Below are positions 19,652-28,942 of a DNA stretch of 64,000 nucleotides, piece after piece. The position numbers were made by a program, and so were the translations under genes. The stretch is from Pseudomonadota bacterium. GTDB lineage: Bacteria; Pseudomonadota; Alphaproteobacteria; Sphingomonadales; SMXR01. The notes beneath the pieces were generated by a model that worked only from the letters and a program-made list of their open reading frames with translations, did not search any database and was not told the origin of the DNA. The stretch covers positions 53,791 to 117,790 of the forward strand of contig JADFJJ010000001.1 in the NCBI GenBank assembly GCA_022566215.1. Direction: 5' to 3'. The stretch's first letter is position 1. The number at the start of each line of letters is the position of its first letter.

Positions 19652-19846
19652 TCAGTCTCCGGAAAGAAAAGCAAAAATTGCAATCAGGATAAGCGCGGTA
19701 AGTTGGGAGATAATCCGCATGCGCATAAGTTTGTTACCGTATTTTTCATTAAATTCGCCGCCCCGCGCCATGCTAATTACCCCGGTCAGTAAAATGCCAA
19801 GGGTGACCATCAGCGCTATCAGGACGACGATTTGGGCAAATGACAT
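19652..19846 (-). CDS. twin-transmembrane-helix small protein (HIG1-domain-like)
   Basis: 64 aa with two TM helices separated by RGGEFNEKYGNKLMRMR. This matches the HIG_1_N-like alphaproteobacterial family. Confidence 0.75.
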   Translation of the reverse strand: MSFAQIVVLIALMVTLGILLTGVISMARGGEFNEKYGNKLMRMRIISQLTALILIAIFAFLSGD

Positions 19847-19876
19847 AATTTCTTATAGCGGAGTTTCCACTAAACC

Positions 19877-20752
19877 TCAAAACGGAAGTTCAGCCTCAAG
19901 GTCACCGCCGTGATCCTTTATCAAGGCAAACACATCCGGGAGGGTTTTGCCCCCTTCCCTGAGGGCTTTTATGGTCATGGACCGGTCACGTTTTGCAAAA
20001 CGCCTGCCATCAGCCCCAACCAGCAGGCCATGGTGGTGATATTGTGGCGGCTGAATCCTGAGCAATTCCTGCAAAAGCCTATGAATGTGGGTGGCGTGAA
20101 AGAGGTCTTGGCCGCGAATCACATGGGTGATGCCCTGCAGATGATCATCAACCACTACCGAAAGGTGATAGCTTGTCATCACATCTTTTCTGGCAACCAC
20201 GATATCACCTAAACTAGCTAGATCGGCAGCAATCTCTATCTCATTTTCCTTAAATGTAAGCGGGATTTTAATCATCGAAAGCGCCTTGCCAACATCCAGC
20301 CGAAGCGCGAACGGCAGACCTTTCTCTATTTTCTCTGTTTGAATATCAGGATCTAAAACCCGGCAGGTTCCTGGATACAAAGGACCATCAGGTCCATGCG
20401 GGGCATGGGCGCTGTTCCGAATTTCTTTCCCTATGTTTTTGCGCGTACAAAAACATGGGTATAACAGCTCTTTTTCCTGCAGAACATTTATTGCCGCCAG
20501 GTAATCATCAAAATAGTTGGACTGGCGGCGCACCGGATGTTCCCAATCCAGACCCAGCCAGCCAAGGTCTTCATAAATGGCTTCTTCAAATTCCAGCTTG
20601 CAGCGGGTTTTATCGATATCCTCGATTCTGAGCAGAAACCGCCCCTGGTTTTTTTCAGCCGCCCTGAAGGCTAAAAGTCCCGAGTAGGCGTGCCCAAGAT
20701 GCAGATAGCCAGAGGGGGAGGGGGCGAATCGTGTGACAAAAGACTTGGTCAT
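19877..20752 (-). CDS. gluQ: tRNA glutamyl-Q(34) synthetase
   Basis: 291 aa. The motif RFAPSPSGYLHLGH is a class I HIGH-type motif. It is the truncated GluRS-like length with no anticodon-binding domain. Confidence 0.9.
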   Translation of the reverse strand: MTKSFVTRFAPSPSGYLHLGHAYSGLLAFRAAEKNQGRFLLRIEDIDKTRCKLEFEEAIYEDLGWLGLDWEHPVRRQSNYFDDYLAAINVLQEKELLYPCFCTRKNIGKEIRNSAHAPHGPDGPLYPGTCRVLDPDIQTEKIEKGLPFALRLDVGKALSMIKIPLTFKENEIEIAADLASLGDIVVARKDVMTSYHLSVVVDDHLQGITHVIRGQDLFHATHIHRLLQELLRIQPPQYHHHGLLVGADGRRFAKRDRSMTIKALREGGKTLPDVFALIKDHGGDLEAELPF

Positions 20753-20828
20753 AAAAGGCTAAGCCGCTAGTGTTCCCTGCAAGATTAAATTGGAATGAAC
20801 CTTAGAAAATTTTTGGGAAAAAGGAAAC

Positions 20829-21467
20829 ATGTTAAGCGGACCGGTTCAGGAACCTGAAAGCGGGAAGGCGGACAGCCTGGTGATATTTTGCCACGGTTAT
20901 GGGTCGAATGGAGATGATCTTATCTCTCTCGGGACAAAGTGGCGGGGATTGCTTCAGGGAGCTGTTTTTGTTGCCCCCAACGCCCCGGAAAAAAGTCCGC
21001 ACCCGGGTGGTTATCAATGGTTTCCCATTACCGATTTTTCCAAGGAGGAGCGTATTAAAGGCGCCTATACCGCCGCCCCGGGCCTGGATGAATTTATAGA
21101 TGCAAACCTTGATAAATATGGGATTAAACCAAACCGCCTGGCATTGGTAGGGTTCAGCCAGGGGACCATGATGGCGCTTCACGTAGGTCTTCGCCGGAAA
21201 GCTGGCCTGGCCGGAATATTGGGCTACTCGGGCGCCCTTGCAGCCCCGGCAAATTTAATCTCAGAAATGAAATGCAAACCGCCTATTTTACTAGTCCACG
21301 GAGCGCAGGACAATGTCATTCCCTTCCCAGCCCTGTTTGAAGCCATCGGCGCTCTGGAAGCTGCCGGACTGAGCGTTGAAAAACACCTTAGCTATAACGC
21401 CAGCCATTCAATCGCCCCGGATGGCCAGGAGAAAGGCGGTGCTTTTCTGACCCGGATTTTAGGCTGA
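20829..21467 (+). CDS. phospholipase/carboxylesterase-family alpha/beta hydrolase
   Basis: 212 aa. It has VIFCHGYGSNGDDL and the nucleophile motif GFSQGTMMAL, plus a C-terminal His region. Confidence 0.75.
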   Translation: MLSGPVQEPESGKADSLVIFCHGYGSNGDDLISLGTKWRGLLQGAVFVAPNAPEKSPHPGGYQWFPITDFSKEERIKGAYTAAPGLDEFIDANLDKYGIKPNRLALVGFSQGTMMALHVGLRRKAGLAGILGYSGALAAPANLISEMKCKPPILLVHGAQDNVIPFPALFEAIGALEAAGLSVEKHLSYNASHSIAPDGQEKGGAFLTRILG

Positions 21468-21558
21468 ATATTGAAGGGCTTGTCATATTCCATAAACTCA
21501 ATATGCTTAGCAGGACTTAAACGTGAGGAGATAAGAACCGTATTCGGGAGTTGATGAT

Positions 21559-22128
21559 ATGCTGATCAGGAATTTAGAAACAGCGTCGCCTGAGGCCTTT
21601 CCGGCCCTGGTCCTGAATGCCGATTATCGACCCTTGAGTTATTTTCCGCTGTCCCTGTGGGGATGGCAAACCTCGGTCAAGGCGGTTTTTCTTGACCGGG
21701 TCAATATCGTTTCCGAATACGAAAAAGTCATTCATTCACCCTCCACAGAGTTTCGTCTGCCGTCGGTCCTTTGCCTGAAAAAATACATCAGGCCCACGCG
21801 CTGGCCGGCTTTTACCCGGTTTAATCTGTTTCTGAGAGATGGCTTTACCTGTCAGTATTGTCATGACGGAGAGGAATTGACGTTTGATCACCTGGTTCCT
21901 CGTTCCAAGGGCGGGCGCACCACCTGGGACAATGTCACTACTGCATGTATGCCCTGCAATTTGAAAAAAGGAGGGCGTTTGCCTAATGAATCACATATGT
22001 GGCCGGCAATCAGGCCTTACAAACCGTCTACCCAGAAGCTGATCCAGATGGGTAGGAAATTCCCGCCTAATTTCCTGCATGAAAGCTGGCGCGACTATCT
22101 TTATTGGGATGTCGAACTGGAGGCTTAG
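21559..22128 (+). CDS. HNH endonuclease
   Basis: 189 aa with the motif CQYCHDGEELTFDHLVPRSKGGRTTWDNVTTACMPCNLKKG. Confidence 0.8.
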   Translation: MLIRNLETASPEAFPALVLNADYRPLSYFPLSLWGWQTSVKAVFLDRVNIVSEYEKVIHSPSTEFRLPSVLCLKKYIRPTRWPAFTRFNLFLRDGFTCQYCHDGEELTFDHLVPRSKGGRTTWDNVTTACMPCNLKKGGRLPNESHMWPAIRPYKPSTQKLIQMGRKFPPNFLHESWRDYLYWDVELEA

Positions 22129-22131
22129 GGT

Positions 22132-22710
22132 CTAAATTCTCTTGCTCAGCCAGATGGCGGTGCGGCAACCGGCCTTGATGGCCCCGGACAGTAGTTTGTA
22201 GCCGGGGGTCTCTCTGGCGCCATGATTGTAGGCGGTATCGCGGTGCTCCACTTCATCGGCCTGGAATTGGGCGATGGTTGCCTCGAACTTCTTTTCTACG
22301 CCCCAGCGTTTAAGTTTTTCACGCTGGCTTTCGTAGTGTTCCTCAATTACCTCTTCAACTGCGGCGGTGCAGGCCATGGCCGCTTTCTCTCCCATCAGAG
22401 CCGTGACCGCCCCCATGGCGAAACCAGCCGCATGCCAGACCGGATTAAGGACCGTTGGCCGAACCTGGCGTTCTATAATCAAATCGTCGAAGGTATCCAG
22501 ATGTGCCTGTTCCTGATCCTTCATTCTGCTGATGGTGGGATAGAGCGGATGTTTTTTGCCCAGCACCGCCAGCTGGCCGTCATAAATCCGCGCCGCCCCG
22601 AGTTCACCGGCGTGATCGACCCGAATCATACGCTTAATTTCATCGCTGATCGAACGTTCCCCTGGAAGCGGCAGGGGCGGGTTTTTTCTGGTGTTCTGTT
22701 TTTCAGGCAT
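22132..22710 (-). CDS. coq7: demethoxyubiquinone hydroxylase (Coq7 family di-iron protein)
   Basis: 192 aa. It has repeated ExxH-type di-iron ligand regions (VDHAGELGAARIY, DQEQAHL, EEVIEEHY, ADEVEHRD). Confidence 0.85.
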   Translation of the reverse strand: MPEKQNTRKNPPLPLPGERSISDEIKRMIRVDHAGELGAARIYDGQLAVLGKKHPLYPTISRMKDQEQAHLDTFDDLIIERQVRPTVLNPVWHAAGFAMGAVTALMGEKAAMACTAAVEEVIEEHYESQREKLKRWGVEKKFEATIAQFQADEVEHRDTAYNHGARETPGYKLLSGAIKAGCRTAIWLSKRI

Positions 22711-22718
22711 TGGCCAGC

Positions 22719-23237
22719 CTACTTGGTCCGGTTGTAGGTATAGATCCCAAAGGCCGTCAAGAACGTAGCAATAACAATGTTGTATTCAGCAAAGGAAATG
22801 CCGAGGAAAGTACGCCGCTGGTCACACGCAATGACCTGTATTTCGCTCAGGAGACGCAAATATTCTTCGGTCGTGGCGCTCGGGTCTATGTCGATGCCCG
22901 CGCATGCCGTAAAGGCCTGCCAGAATCCTTGCTCCACACCAATGTGATGAGCGGCAAGAAAAACCTCGAGAAACAATAGCATGATTATAATAATCAAAAA
23001 GCCGCGGGCGGCTCGTTTCAGGCCGATGTCATGACGATGGCGGGTGACATAAGCGATCAGCGCCACCACAGCAATAATCATATAAGGGTAACGCTGATAA
23101 AGGCAAAGTTCACAGGGCTGGTAGCCAAGCACAAATTGAAAGAAATAGGCGGCGCCTAAAATAGCAGTCGAAGCCCCGAGGAAGAAAAGTCCCCAATTGG
23201 CGACAAACAAATCCAGAGTTTTTTTCATCGCGGTCAT
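22719..23237 (-). CDS. dsbB: disulfide bond formation protein B family
   Basis: 172 aa with four TM helices, a CELCLYQRYPY motif and a second Cys pair in the periplasmic loop. Confidence 0.8.
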   Translation of the reverse strand: MTAMKKTLDLFVANWGLFFLGASTAILGAAYFFQFVLGYQPCELCLYQRYPYMIIAVVALIAYVTRHRHDIGLKRAARGFLIIIIMLLFLEVFLAAHHIGVEQGFWQAFTACAGIDIDPSATTEEYLRLLSEIQVIACDQRRTFLGISFAEYNIVIATFLTAFGIYTYNRTK

Positions 23238-23818
23238 CCTTTAAAAATTTTATAACCAATCACTACAAGTACAACAAGCAAAACCGCTACGCTGACACTG
23301 AGCGCCAGGCGCTTTTCCACAAAGGCTCTGATTTTTTCACCATATTTCCACAACAGGCCGGCCTCGATGTAAAACCGCAAACCCCGTGAGGCGGCCGAGG
23401 CCATGACGAATAACAAAGGGTTCATCCCGACCAGGCCGCTGGCGATGGTGATGACCTTGTAGGGAAGAAAGGTAAGGCCAAAGATAAACACGATCCAAAA
23501 ACCATATTCCGCGTATTGGGTCTGAAAAATGACAAATTCATCCTGCAGGCCATAAAAGACCATCAGCGGGTCACCAAAAATCACCCAGAAAAATCTGCCG
23601 ATAATATATCCTAATATCCCACCCAAAACCGAAGCAATGGTGCAAAGTCCGGCGTAGTAAAAAGCTTTTGCCTTTTTTTCCAGGCACATGGGAATCAGCA
23701 AGATGTCAGGCGGGATGGGAAAGATGGAACTTTCAATAAAAGAAACCCCAAACAGCCACTGGTCAGCCTTAGAGTGGCCGGCAAGTTCAAGGGTTTTATC
23801 GTAAATCCGCTTTAGCAA
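23234..23818 (-). CDS. YqaA/DedA-related (VTT-domain) membrane protein
   Basis: The conserved core starts at LLKRIYDKTLELAGHSKADQWLFGVSFIESSIFPIPPDILLIPM. The track start at 23968 would run across the tRNA-Leu gene, so I use the TTG at 23818. The start is uncertain. Confidence 0.7.
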   Translation of the reverse strand: MLKRIYDKTLELAGHSKADQWLFGVSFIESSIFPIPPDILLIPMCLEKKAKAFYYAGLCTIASVLGGILGYIIGRFFWVIFGDPLMVFYGLQDEFVIFQTQYAEYGFWIVFIFGLTFLPYKVITIASGLVGMNPLLFVMASAASRGLRFYIEAGLLWKYGEKIRAFVEKRLALSVSVAVLLVVLVVIGYKIFKG

Positions 23819-23931
23819 TTTCTGTTCTTCCCGATTTTTAAGTTTTGCGTTACCTAATCGGTGAAAGCAAGGAAACAAATATTGATATTTAAAAAAAGGC
23901 GGGTATGATGCCGGAACCTTTTTTGGGTGAA

Positions 23932-24018
23932 GCCCCCGTGGCGGAATTGGTAGACGCGCCAGACTCAAAATCTGGTGGCCTTCGGGCCGTGTCTGTTCGA
24001 GTCAGACCGGGGGCACCA
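23932..24018 (+). tRNA. tRNA-Leu (anticodon CAA), class II with a long variable arm, encoded CCA
   Basis: Hand-folded. The acceptor stem is GCCCCCG/CGGGGGC. The anticodon arm is CCAGA-CTCAAAA-TCTGG. The variable arm is TGGCCTTCGGGCCGTG. The T arm is GTCTG-TTCGAGT-CAGAC. It ends in ACCA. Confidence 0.9.
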
Positions 24019-24034
24019 TTCAAAAAAACAAAAT

Positions 24035-24065
24035 AAAAAGGCGCCCGTTTTGAGCGCCTTTTTTA
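24035..24065. terminator. bidirectional rho-independent terminator between tRNA-Leu and the TPR gene
   Basis: The sequence is aaaaAGGCGCccgttttgaGCGCCTtttt. A 6-bp GC stem is flanked by an A-run and a T-run. Confidence 0.6.
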
Positions 24066-24082
24066 ATGGAAAAAGGGGTTTT

Positions 24083-25468
24083 TTATCTCAGGCCGGCCGC
24101 GGCAAGACGTTTTAGGCGGGCTTTTTCAGCAACAATATACTCTATCCAGCCTTTTGCATTTTTGCGGACTTTTGGGAACCGGCGGGCGGCTTTAAATGCG
24201 TCTTCCGCCTTTTTAAACTGTTCCATATTGAAATAGACTGATCCAAGGCGAAGATAAGCTTCGCCCTCCTGCTTTAAGTCACCCTTTTTAATAGCTTTCT
24301 GGAGGGTATCTTCTGCTTTTTCCCATTCTTCAATAGACATGTAGACAACACCAAGCTGGAAATACAGTTCACCATTTTCTTCTTCTGCTGCGGCCAATGA
24401 GAGGGGTTTTCCGGCCTTGGCAAAATCCTTGGCATTAAGGTGGGCCTGGCCAAGTAACTTTTGGTTTCTGGCTTTCTCTTTATCAATGCATGCGTCACCA
24501 CAATCATCCCTCATTCCTTTTTCCAGGACCTTGGCGGAAAGATAAGGCGCGGAAATCATATATAACTGCGCAACAGTAACCAAATTAGTCTCTGCAGTTA
24601 TGAAACCCAGGCGGTATCCCACATCCATAACGGCCAATTGTTTTTCATCCTCCCTAAGTTCGCTGTACATAGCGGACAATTGGACCCAGTATCGGGGACG
24701 GGGCCATTTAACGATTATGATTTCCAGAATGTCACGGACTTTAGAATAATTGCTCAGCTCATAGTACAGAACAAACTGGAGTTCGTACAAGTTTTCCCGT
24801 ACTTGAGTTGTTGGGTTGGCCTTGGCGATGTCGATTGCGGTTTCGATCAGTGGAATTCCCTTCCGGTAAGATTCCAAAGCCCGGTTTTTATTGGTTTTAT
24901 CTTGCTGCAAGCCCAGTTGGTAATAAGTCTGCGCTATATAATGCCATTGCGAAGACCTAGGATCAAGCTGGTATGACAGCCAGTCCAGCAAAATATCCAG
25001 GCTTTTTTGGTAATTGCCTTCAATGGCATAAAATTGCGCCAGGGTGTATTTGATGTTGTCAGTAAAACGATATGGAAGATTCGGTAAGGCCAGCACAGCT
25101 TCATACTCGCGGATGGCCCACGGAAAGTTGTCCTGCTCATAGTAGATCAAACCCCTCAGTTGCACGGCTATTGACCTTTCATAGTCATTGATACCACGAC
25201 GGTTAGCCATTTTATTAATGACCTCCAGGGCTTCTACATAATTCTCCTCTGCTATGAGTTCCTGAGCCGTTTCATAACGTTTGAAAAATTCAGGGGAAAC
25301 CTGGGGGGCAACCCTTTGTCGCGGGCGTTGCTTAACAACCCGGTCTTGCTGGGCAAAAGCAGATGAATCGAAAGACCCAAGATCAACAGCCGGCGCTGCC
25401 ACAAGGCCACCCGCCGCCAAAGCCAAAGCTAAACTGGTTGTCTTAAGAAAAGTCTTGAAGGGTCGCAT
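24083..25468 (-). CDS. TPR-repeat periplasmic protein (TtpD-like, last gene of the TonB2-type cluster)
   Basis: The signal peptide starts at MRPFKTFLKTTSLALALAAGGLVAAPA (ATG at 25468). TPR-like repeats run throughout. Confidence 0.7.
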   Translation of the reverse strand: MRPFKTFLKTTSLALALAAGGLVAAPAVDLGSFDSSAFAQQDRVVKQRPRQRVAPQVSPEFFKRYETAQELIAEENYVEALEVINKMANRRGINDYERSIAVQLRGLIYYEQDNFPWAIREYEAVLALPNLPYRFTDNIKYTLAQFYAIEGNYQKSLDILLDWLSYQLDPRSSQWHYIAQTYYQLGLQQDKTNKNRALESYRKGIPLIETAIDIAKANPTTQVRENLYELQFVLYYELSNYSKVRDILEIIIVKWPRPRYWVQLSAMYSELREDEKQLAVMDVGYRLGFITAETNLVTVAQLYMISAPYLSAKVLEKGMRDDCGDACIDKEKARNQKLLGQAHLNAKDFAKAGKPLSLAAAEEENGELYFQLGVVYMSIEEWEKAEDTLQKAIKKGDLKQEGEAYLRLGSVYFNMEQFKKAEDAFKAARRFPKVRKNAKGWIEYIVAEKARLKRLAAAGLR

Positions 25469-25487
25469 TTGTCTCTCTCTTTTCCTA

Positions 25488-26087
25488 TTAGTCTTCCAGT
25501 TCGAATGTAATTCTGGTTCTAACACCGTGAACCTCAACCGGAGTTCCATCGATCACCCGGGGTTTGTAAATATACTTCTGAGCGGCGGAAACCGCCGCCC
25601 GGTTGAAAACCCCGGGCGGTTCAGCATCAATTATAACCACGTCCCTGACGGTCCCGTCCCGGTTCACTATATATTCAACCACGACGTATCCCTCAATCCC
25701 CCGCCCGGCGGCCCTTGGCGGGTAAATTGGATTCACTTTAACGATCGGCAAATAATCACCATCGCCGGCGTTAATCCCGGATCCTAGTATGGTCTGGGGA
25801 CCAGTGGGAAGGTCAAAATTAAAAACAGTTTTAGAGGGGCCTGTAGTGGTTACTTTAGGCACTTCAAGCTCAGGCGGTTTTATCTGTTCCGGTGGGCGTT
25901 CGATCCGTTCTTTGCGTTGAACGGTTTCTTCCCGGTCAACCTTAATCATTTCAATATTGCGCCGGGTCTGATCATCCGGGATTTTTTTATCGCCACTTTC
26001 AATCAGGGCTAGCATCAGGAAAAACAGGCCCAATGTAACGGCTGTTGCCACAATGGCGGAACTGCCATAGCGTGCTATCCGTTGCAT
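25488..26087 (-). CDS. tonB: energy transducer TonB
   Basis: An N-terminal TM anchor is followed by a Pro/Glu-rich spacer (RPPEQIKPPELEVPK). The C-terminal TonB domain reads PIYPPRAAGRGIEGYVVVEYIVNRDGTVRDVVII. I chose the ATG at 26087 (MQRIARY). Confidence 0.8.
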   Translation of the reverse strand: MQRIARYGSSAIVATAVTLGLFFLMLALIESGDKKIPDDQTRRNIEMIKVDREETVQRKERIERPPEQIKPPELEVPKVTTTGPSKTVFNFDLPTGPQTILGSGINAGDGDYLPIVKVNPIYPPRAAGRGIEGYVVVEYIVNRDGTVRDVVIIDAEPPGVFNRAAVSAAQKYIYKPRVIDGTPVEVHGVRTRITFELED

Positions 26088-26088
26088 T

Positions 26089-26490
26089 TTATTTATCCTC
26101 CAGGGCGGAAATCGAAACGTTGGGAGCGCCGGCAAGGCGGGCGGCTTCCATTACTTCAAGGGTTATTCCGGCCTTGGCTTTCCGGTCCGCCTGGACAGAG
26201 ACTGTCCCTTTTGGGTTTTCAGAGCGCAGTTTTTCAATAATGCTTCTAACTGCTTTGATTTCCACTTGTTTGCGGTTTATCCAAACCTCATTACTGGCTG
26301 TAATTGCAACAAGGATACTAACCAGGTCCTGTTTAGTGGCGGCTGCAGCAGTCGGTTTATCAACTTCAACCCCGGCCTCTTTCACAAAAACAGCAGTCAC
26401 TATAAAGAAAATCAACATGATGAACACGATGTCAAGCATCGGCGTCAAATTGATTTCCAGTTCTTCTTCCTTTTGTGAATGTTCGCGCAT
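26089..26490 (-). CDS. exbD: biopolymer transport protein ExbD/TolR (paralogue 2)
   Basis: 133 aa with the motif EINLTPMLDIVFIMLIFFIVTA and a periplasmic domain. Confidence 0.85.
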   Translation of the reverse strand: MREHSQKEEELEINLTPMLDIVFIMLIFFIVTAVFVKEAGVEVDKPTAAAATKQDLVSILVAITASNEVWINRKQVEIKAVRSIIEKLRSENPKGTVSVQADRKAKAGITLEVMEAARLAGAPNVSISALEDK

Positions 26491-26553
26491 GGTAATTTTC
26501 CATTCTGCCTATAGGATCATACTAGATCTTTTCTTAACCAGCAATGAACCCCC

Positions 26554-26961
26554 TTAGGTTGGTTCAGCTATGGCAATCTGAATGTCATCTGCTACCTTCA
26601 GGGCGGCATCATAAATTTCAACAAGCAAACCAGTTTGCGAGTCTCCATCCGGCTGAATGACAACTATGCCTTCGGGGTTTTCAGCATGTAACCGTGCAAT
26701 ATTTGCGGTAATCTGGGCAATATCGACGCGCCTAAGGTTGATAAAAATCCTGTTGTTGCTATCAATCTGAATTAGAATATTCTTTTTATCTTCTTCCGGC
26801 GGAGGCGGGGTTTGATTGTCATCCGGTTTATTGATATCCAGCCCCGATTCCTTGATAAAGGTTGCAGTAACAATGAAAAAGATCAGCATGATGAACACAA
26901 TATCCAACAAAGGCGTCAGGTTGATTTCGGCTTCTTCCTGTTTTGATGCAAACTTTCTCAT
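26554..26961 (-). CDS. exbD: biopolymer transport protein ExbD/TolR (paralogue 1)
   Basis: 135 aa with the motif EINLTPLLDIVFIMLIFFIVTA. Its N-terminus is almost identical to the neighbouring paralogue. Confidence 0.85.
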   Translation of the reverse strand: MRKFASKQEEAEINLTPLLDIVFIMLIFFIVTATFIKESGLDINKPDDNQTPPPPEEDKKNILIQIDSNNRIFINLRRVDIAQITANIARLHAENPEGIVVIQPDGDSQTGLLVEIYDAALKVADDIQIAIAEPT

Positions 26962-26978
26962 TTTGTTTCCAGCTTCCT

Positions 26979-27506
26979 TTAGTGGTCCATAACCAGACTG
27001 TCTTCAAGGATGTAGGAGCCTCTGGCGATCCTTTTTTCCAGATAAGTGGCAATAAAAATACCGGACAAAGCCGCAACCATCCCGGCCATGGTCGGGATGG
27101 TAGCCTTGGAAACACCATCGGCCATGGCCCGGGCATTCCCGCTGCCCAAAATAGCCATGATTTCAAAAACCTCAATCATGCCTGTAACAGTTCCCAGCAA
27201 GCCTACCAGCGGACACAGCGCCACAAGGGTTTTGATAATGTTCATTCCCTGGGTCAGACGTCCTGATGCTTTGGAAATCAAGGCAGCCCTGATCTTGTGT
27301 GCATACCAGGATTTGCGCTCTTTCCGATTTTCCCAGATTATTTGAATTCTCTGTTGGTCACTCTTGAAAATGAATTTGAGGTACCAGAGCCTTTCAATAA
27401 TCAAAACCCACATCAGGAAAGTGACGAGCATGATCCAGTACAGAATCGGCCCGCCCTTATCCATGAAAACCGTAAGGGTTTCATAAGATTGGACGAAAAA
27501 ATCCAC
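26979..27506 (-). CDS. exbB: MotA/TolQ/ExbB proton-channel protein (short ExbB)
   Basis: 175 aa with three TM helices and the motif LVGLLGTVTGMIEVF. Confidence 0.85.
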   Translation of the reverse strand: MDFFVQSYETLTVFMDKGGPILYWIMLVTFLMWVLIIERLWYLKFIFKSDQQRIQIIWENRKERKSWYAHKIRAALISKASGRLTQGMNIIKTLVALCPLVGLLGTVTGMIEVFEIMAILGSGNARAMADGVSKATIPTMAGMVAALSGIFIATYLEKRIARGSYILEDSLVMDH

Positions 27507-27508
27507 TC

Positions 27509-28942
27509 TTAGCCCTCCTTCTCGGCGTGTTCAGCAATCCTACCGGCGCTTTGTTCTTCAAGGACATGAACAATGCTTTTGCTCATGCCGGCCACAACGC
27601 TGTAGAGCAGCAATGTCGGGATAGCGACCACAAGACCGAGAACCGTGGTTACCAACGCTTGCGAAATACCACCGGCCATCAATTTTGGATCACCGGTCCC
27701 AAACAGGGTAATCGCCTGGAAGGTCACAATCATGCCGGTAACCGTACCCAGCAGACCGAGCAAGGGGGCCACCGCCGAGATCAATTTGATTGGCGTGAGA
27801 AGCCTTTCGAGCGCTGGAGTTTCCTTCAGGATTGCTTCATCCAGTTTGAGTTCCAGGGTTTCCACGTCCACATCCTGGTTTTCATGGTAAACCAGTAGCA
27901 CACGGCCGAGCGGGTTGTCCGGATTGGGTGTTTCTTCTTTGGCTTGTTTCCGAACCTTTGCGCCGACGCGAAGGAAGTAAAGAATACGCTCCGCACCCAA
28001 CAGGACGCCAACAGCGCCCATGAATAAAGTAATATATCCAATTAAGCGGCCCTGATGTATACGGTCCATCAGGCTTGGAGTGTCAACATAAATGCTCAAC
28101 AGCTGGCCGCGGGAGGGATCCATCCCGAAGTAAATAATTTCACCACTGCCGGCTTCGATCAGGTCGTCTATCGTTGAAGTAAAACGGCCCGGAGGCTGCT
28201 TGGCCAATTCGGTAATTTTTCCGTTTTCGTCGTAGGTGAAATATCTGCCGTCTGAAACAATATTAAAATCACCAATCCGGGTTAATTGAATTGTTTCAGG
28301 AGTTCCGTCAGGCCTTAAGATTTCAGCTGAAAAGGATGTGATTTTTCTGGATTCATTCATTTCATCCATTATCGCCAGCCACAAACCGGAAATTTCCTCA
28401 ATGGTTGGAAGGTCGGTTCCTGTAGCTGCTTTTTCGATAAGGCTACTTAGTGAAGCTTCCCGGCCTGGAAATTCAACGCTGATGAAAGAATCCTGAAAAT
28501 TACTCCTCGTATCACCGGCAACAGTTTGGAGAACTCCGAACACTTCACTCAGGTTTCCAAGTTTTTGCCTGAGTTGTGTCGTTAACGTGGTGATCCGCTG
28601 TTCGTTAGTATTATACTGAGCTTCCAGACGGTCGCTCCGGCGCTCTTCGTTGGTGCGGGTTTGGCGAGCTTGGTTCAAGAGTTGTCGCTGGTTGTTTCTG
28701 GAAGCCAGAAATTCAGCCTCACGGATCCTAAACTCCTCTGTCTGGTTCTGAATGCCTTGTCTTACCTTTTCCAAAAGCTCATCAAGATCAATAACAGCCT
28801 CTTCTTCTGTTGTATCAGTTGGAATTTCTTGAGCCTGCACTGAGGCAAGACCAACAAAAGCAGCGAATAAAGCTGAAATGAAGATCGAAAAAATATTTTT
28901 GAGTAAATAATTCATTGTTTTACTCCGTATCAACTTTAACAA
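27509..28942 (-). CDS. long MotA/TolQ/ExbB-family protein (TtpC-like)
   Basis: 477 aa. A signal/TM segment and a ~300-aa coiled-coil/periplasmic region precede a C-terminal ExbB-type channel (PLLGLLGTVTGMIVTF). An alternative start is the ATG at 28915. Confidence 0.8.
   Translation of the reverse strand: MLKLIRSKTMNYLLKNIFSIFISALFAAFVGLASVQAQEIPTDTTEEEAVIDLDELLEKVRQGIQNQTEEFRIREAEFLASRNNQRQLLNQARQTRTNEERRSDRLEAQYNTNEQRITTLTTQLRQKLGNLSEVFGVLQTVAGDTRSNFQDSFISVEFPGREASLSSLIEKAATGTDLPTIEEISGLWLAIMDEMNESRKITSFSAEILRPDGTPETIQLTRIGDFNIVSDGRYFTYDENGKITELAKQPPGRFTSTIDDLIEAGSGEIIYFGMDPSRGQLLSIYVDTPSLMDRIHQGRLIGYITLFMGAVGVLLGAERILYFLRVGAKVRKQAKEETPNPDNPLGRVLLVYHENQDVDVETLELKLDEAILKETPALERLLTPIKLISAVAPLLGLLGTVTGMIVTFQAITLFGTGDPKLMAGGISQALVTTVLGLVVAIPTLLLYSVVAGMSKSIVHVLEEQSAGRIAEHAEKEG

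Noticed and set aside
23819-23968. The N-terminal 50 codons of the 244-aa YqaA-like ORF.
   Set aside because: The extension overlaps a well-formed tRNA-Leu gene on the other strand and is not part of the conserved YqaA core. It is a likely annotation artefact.
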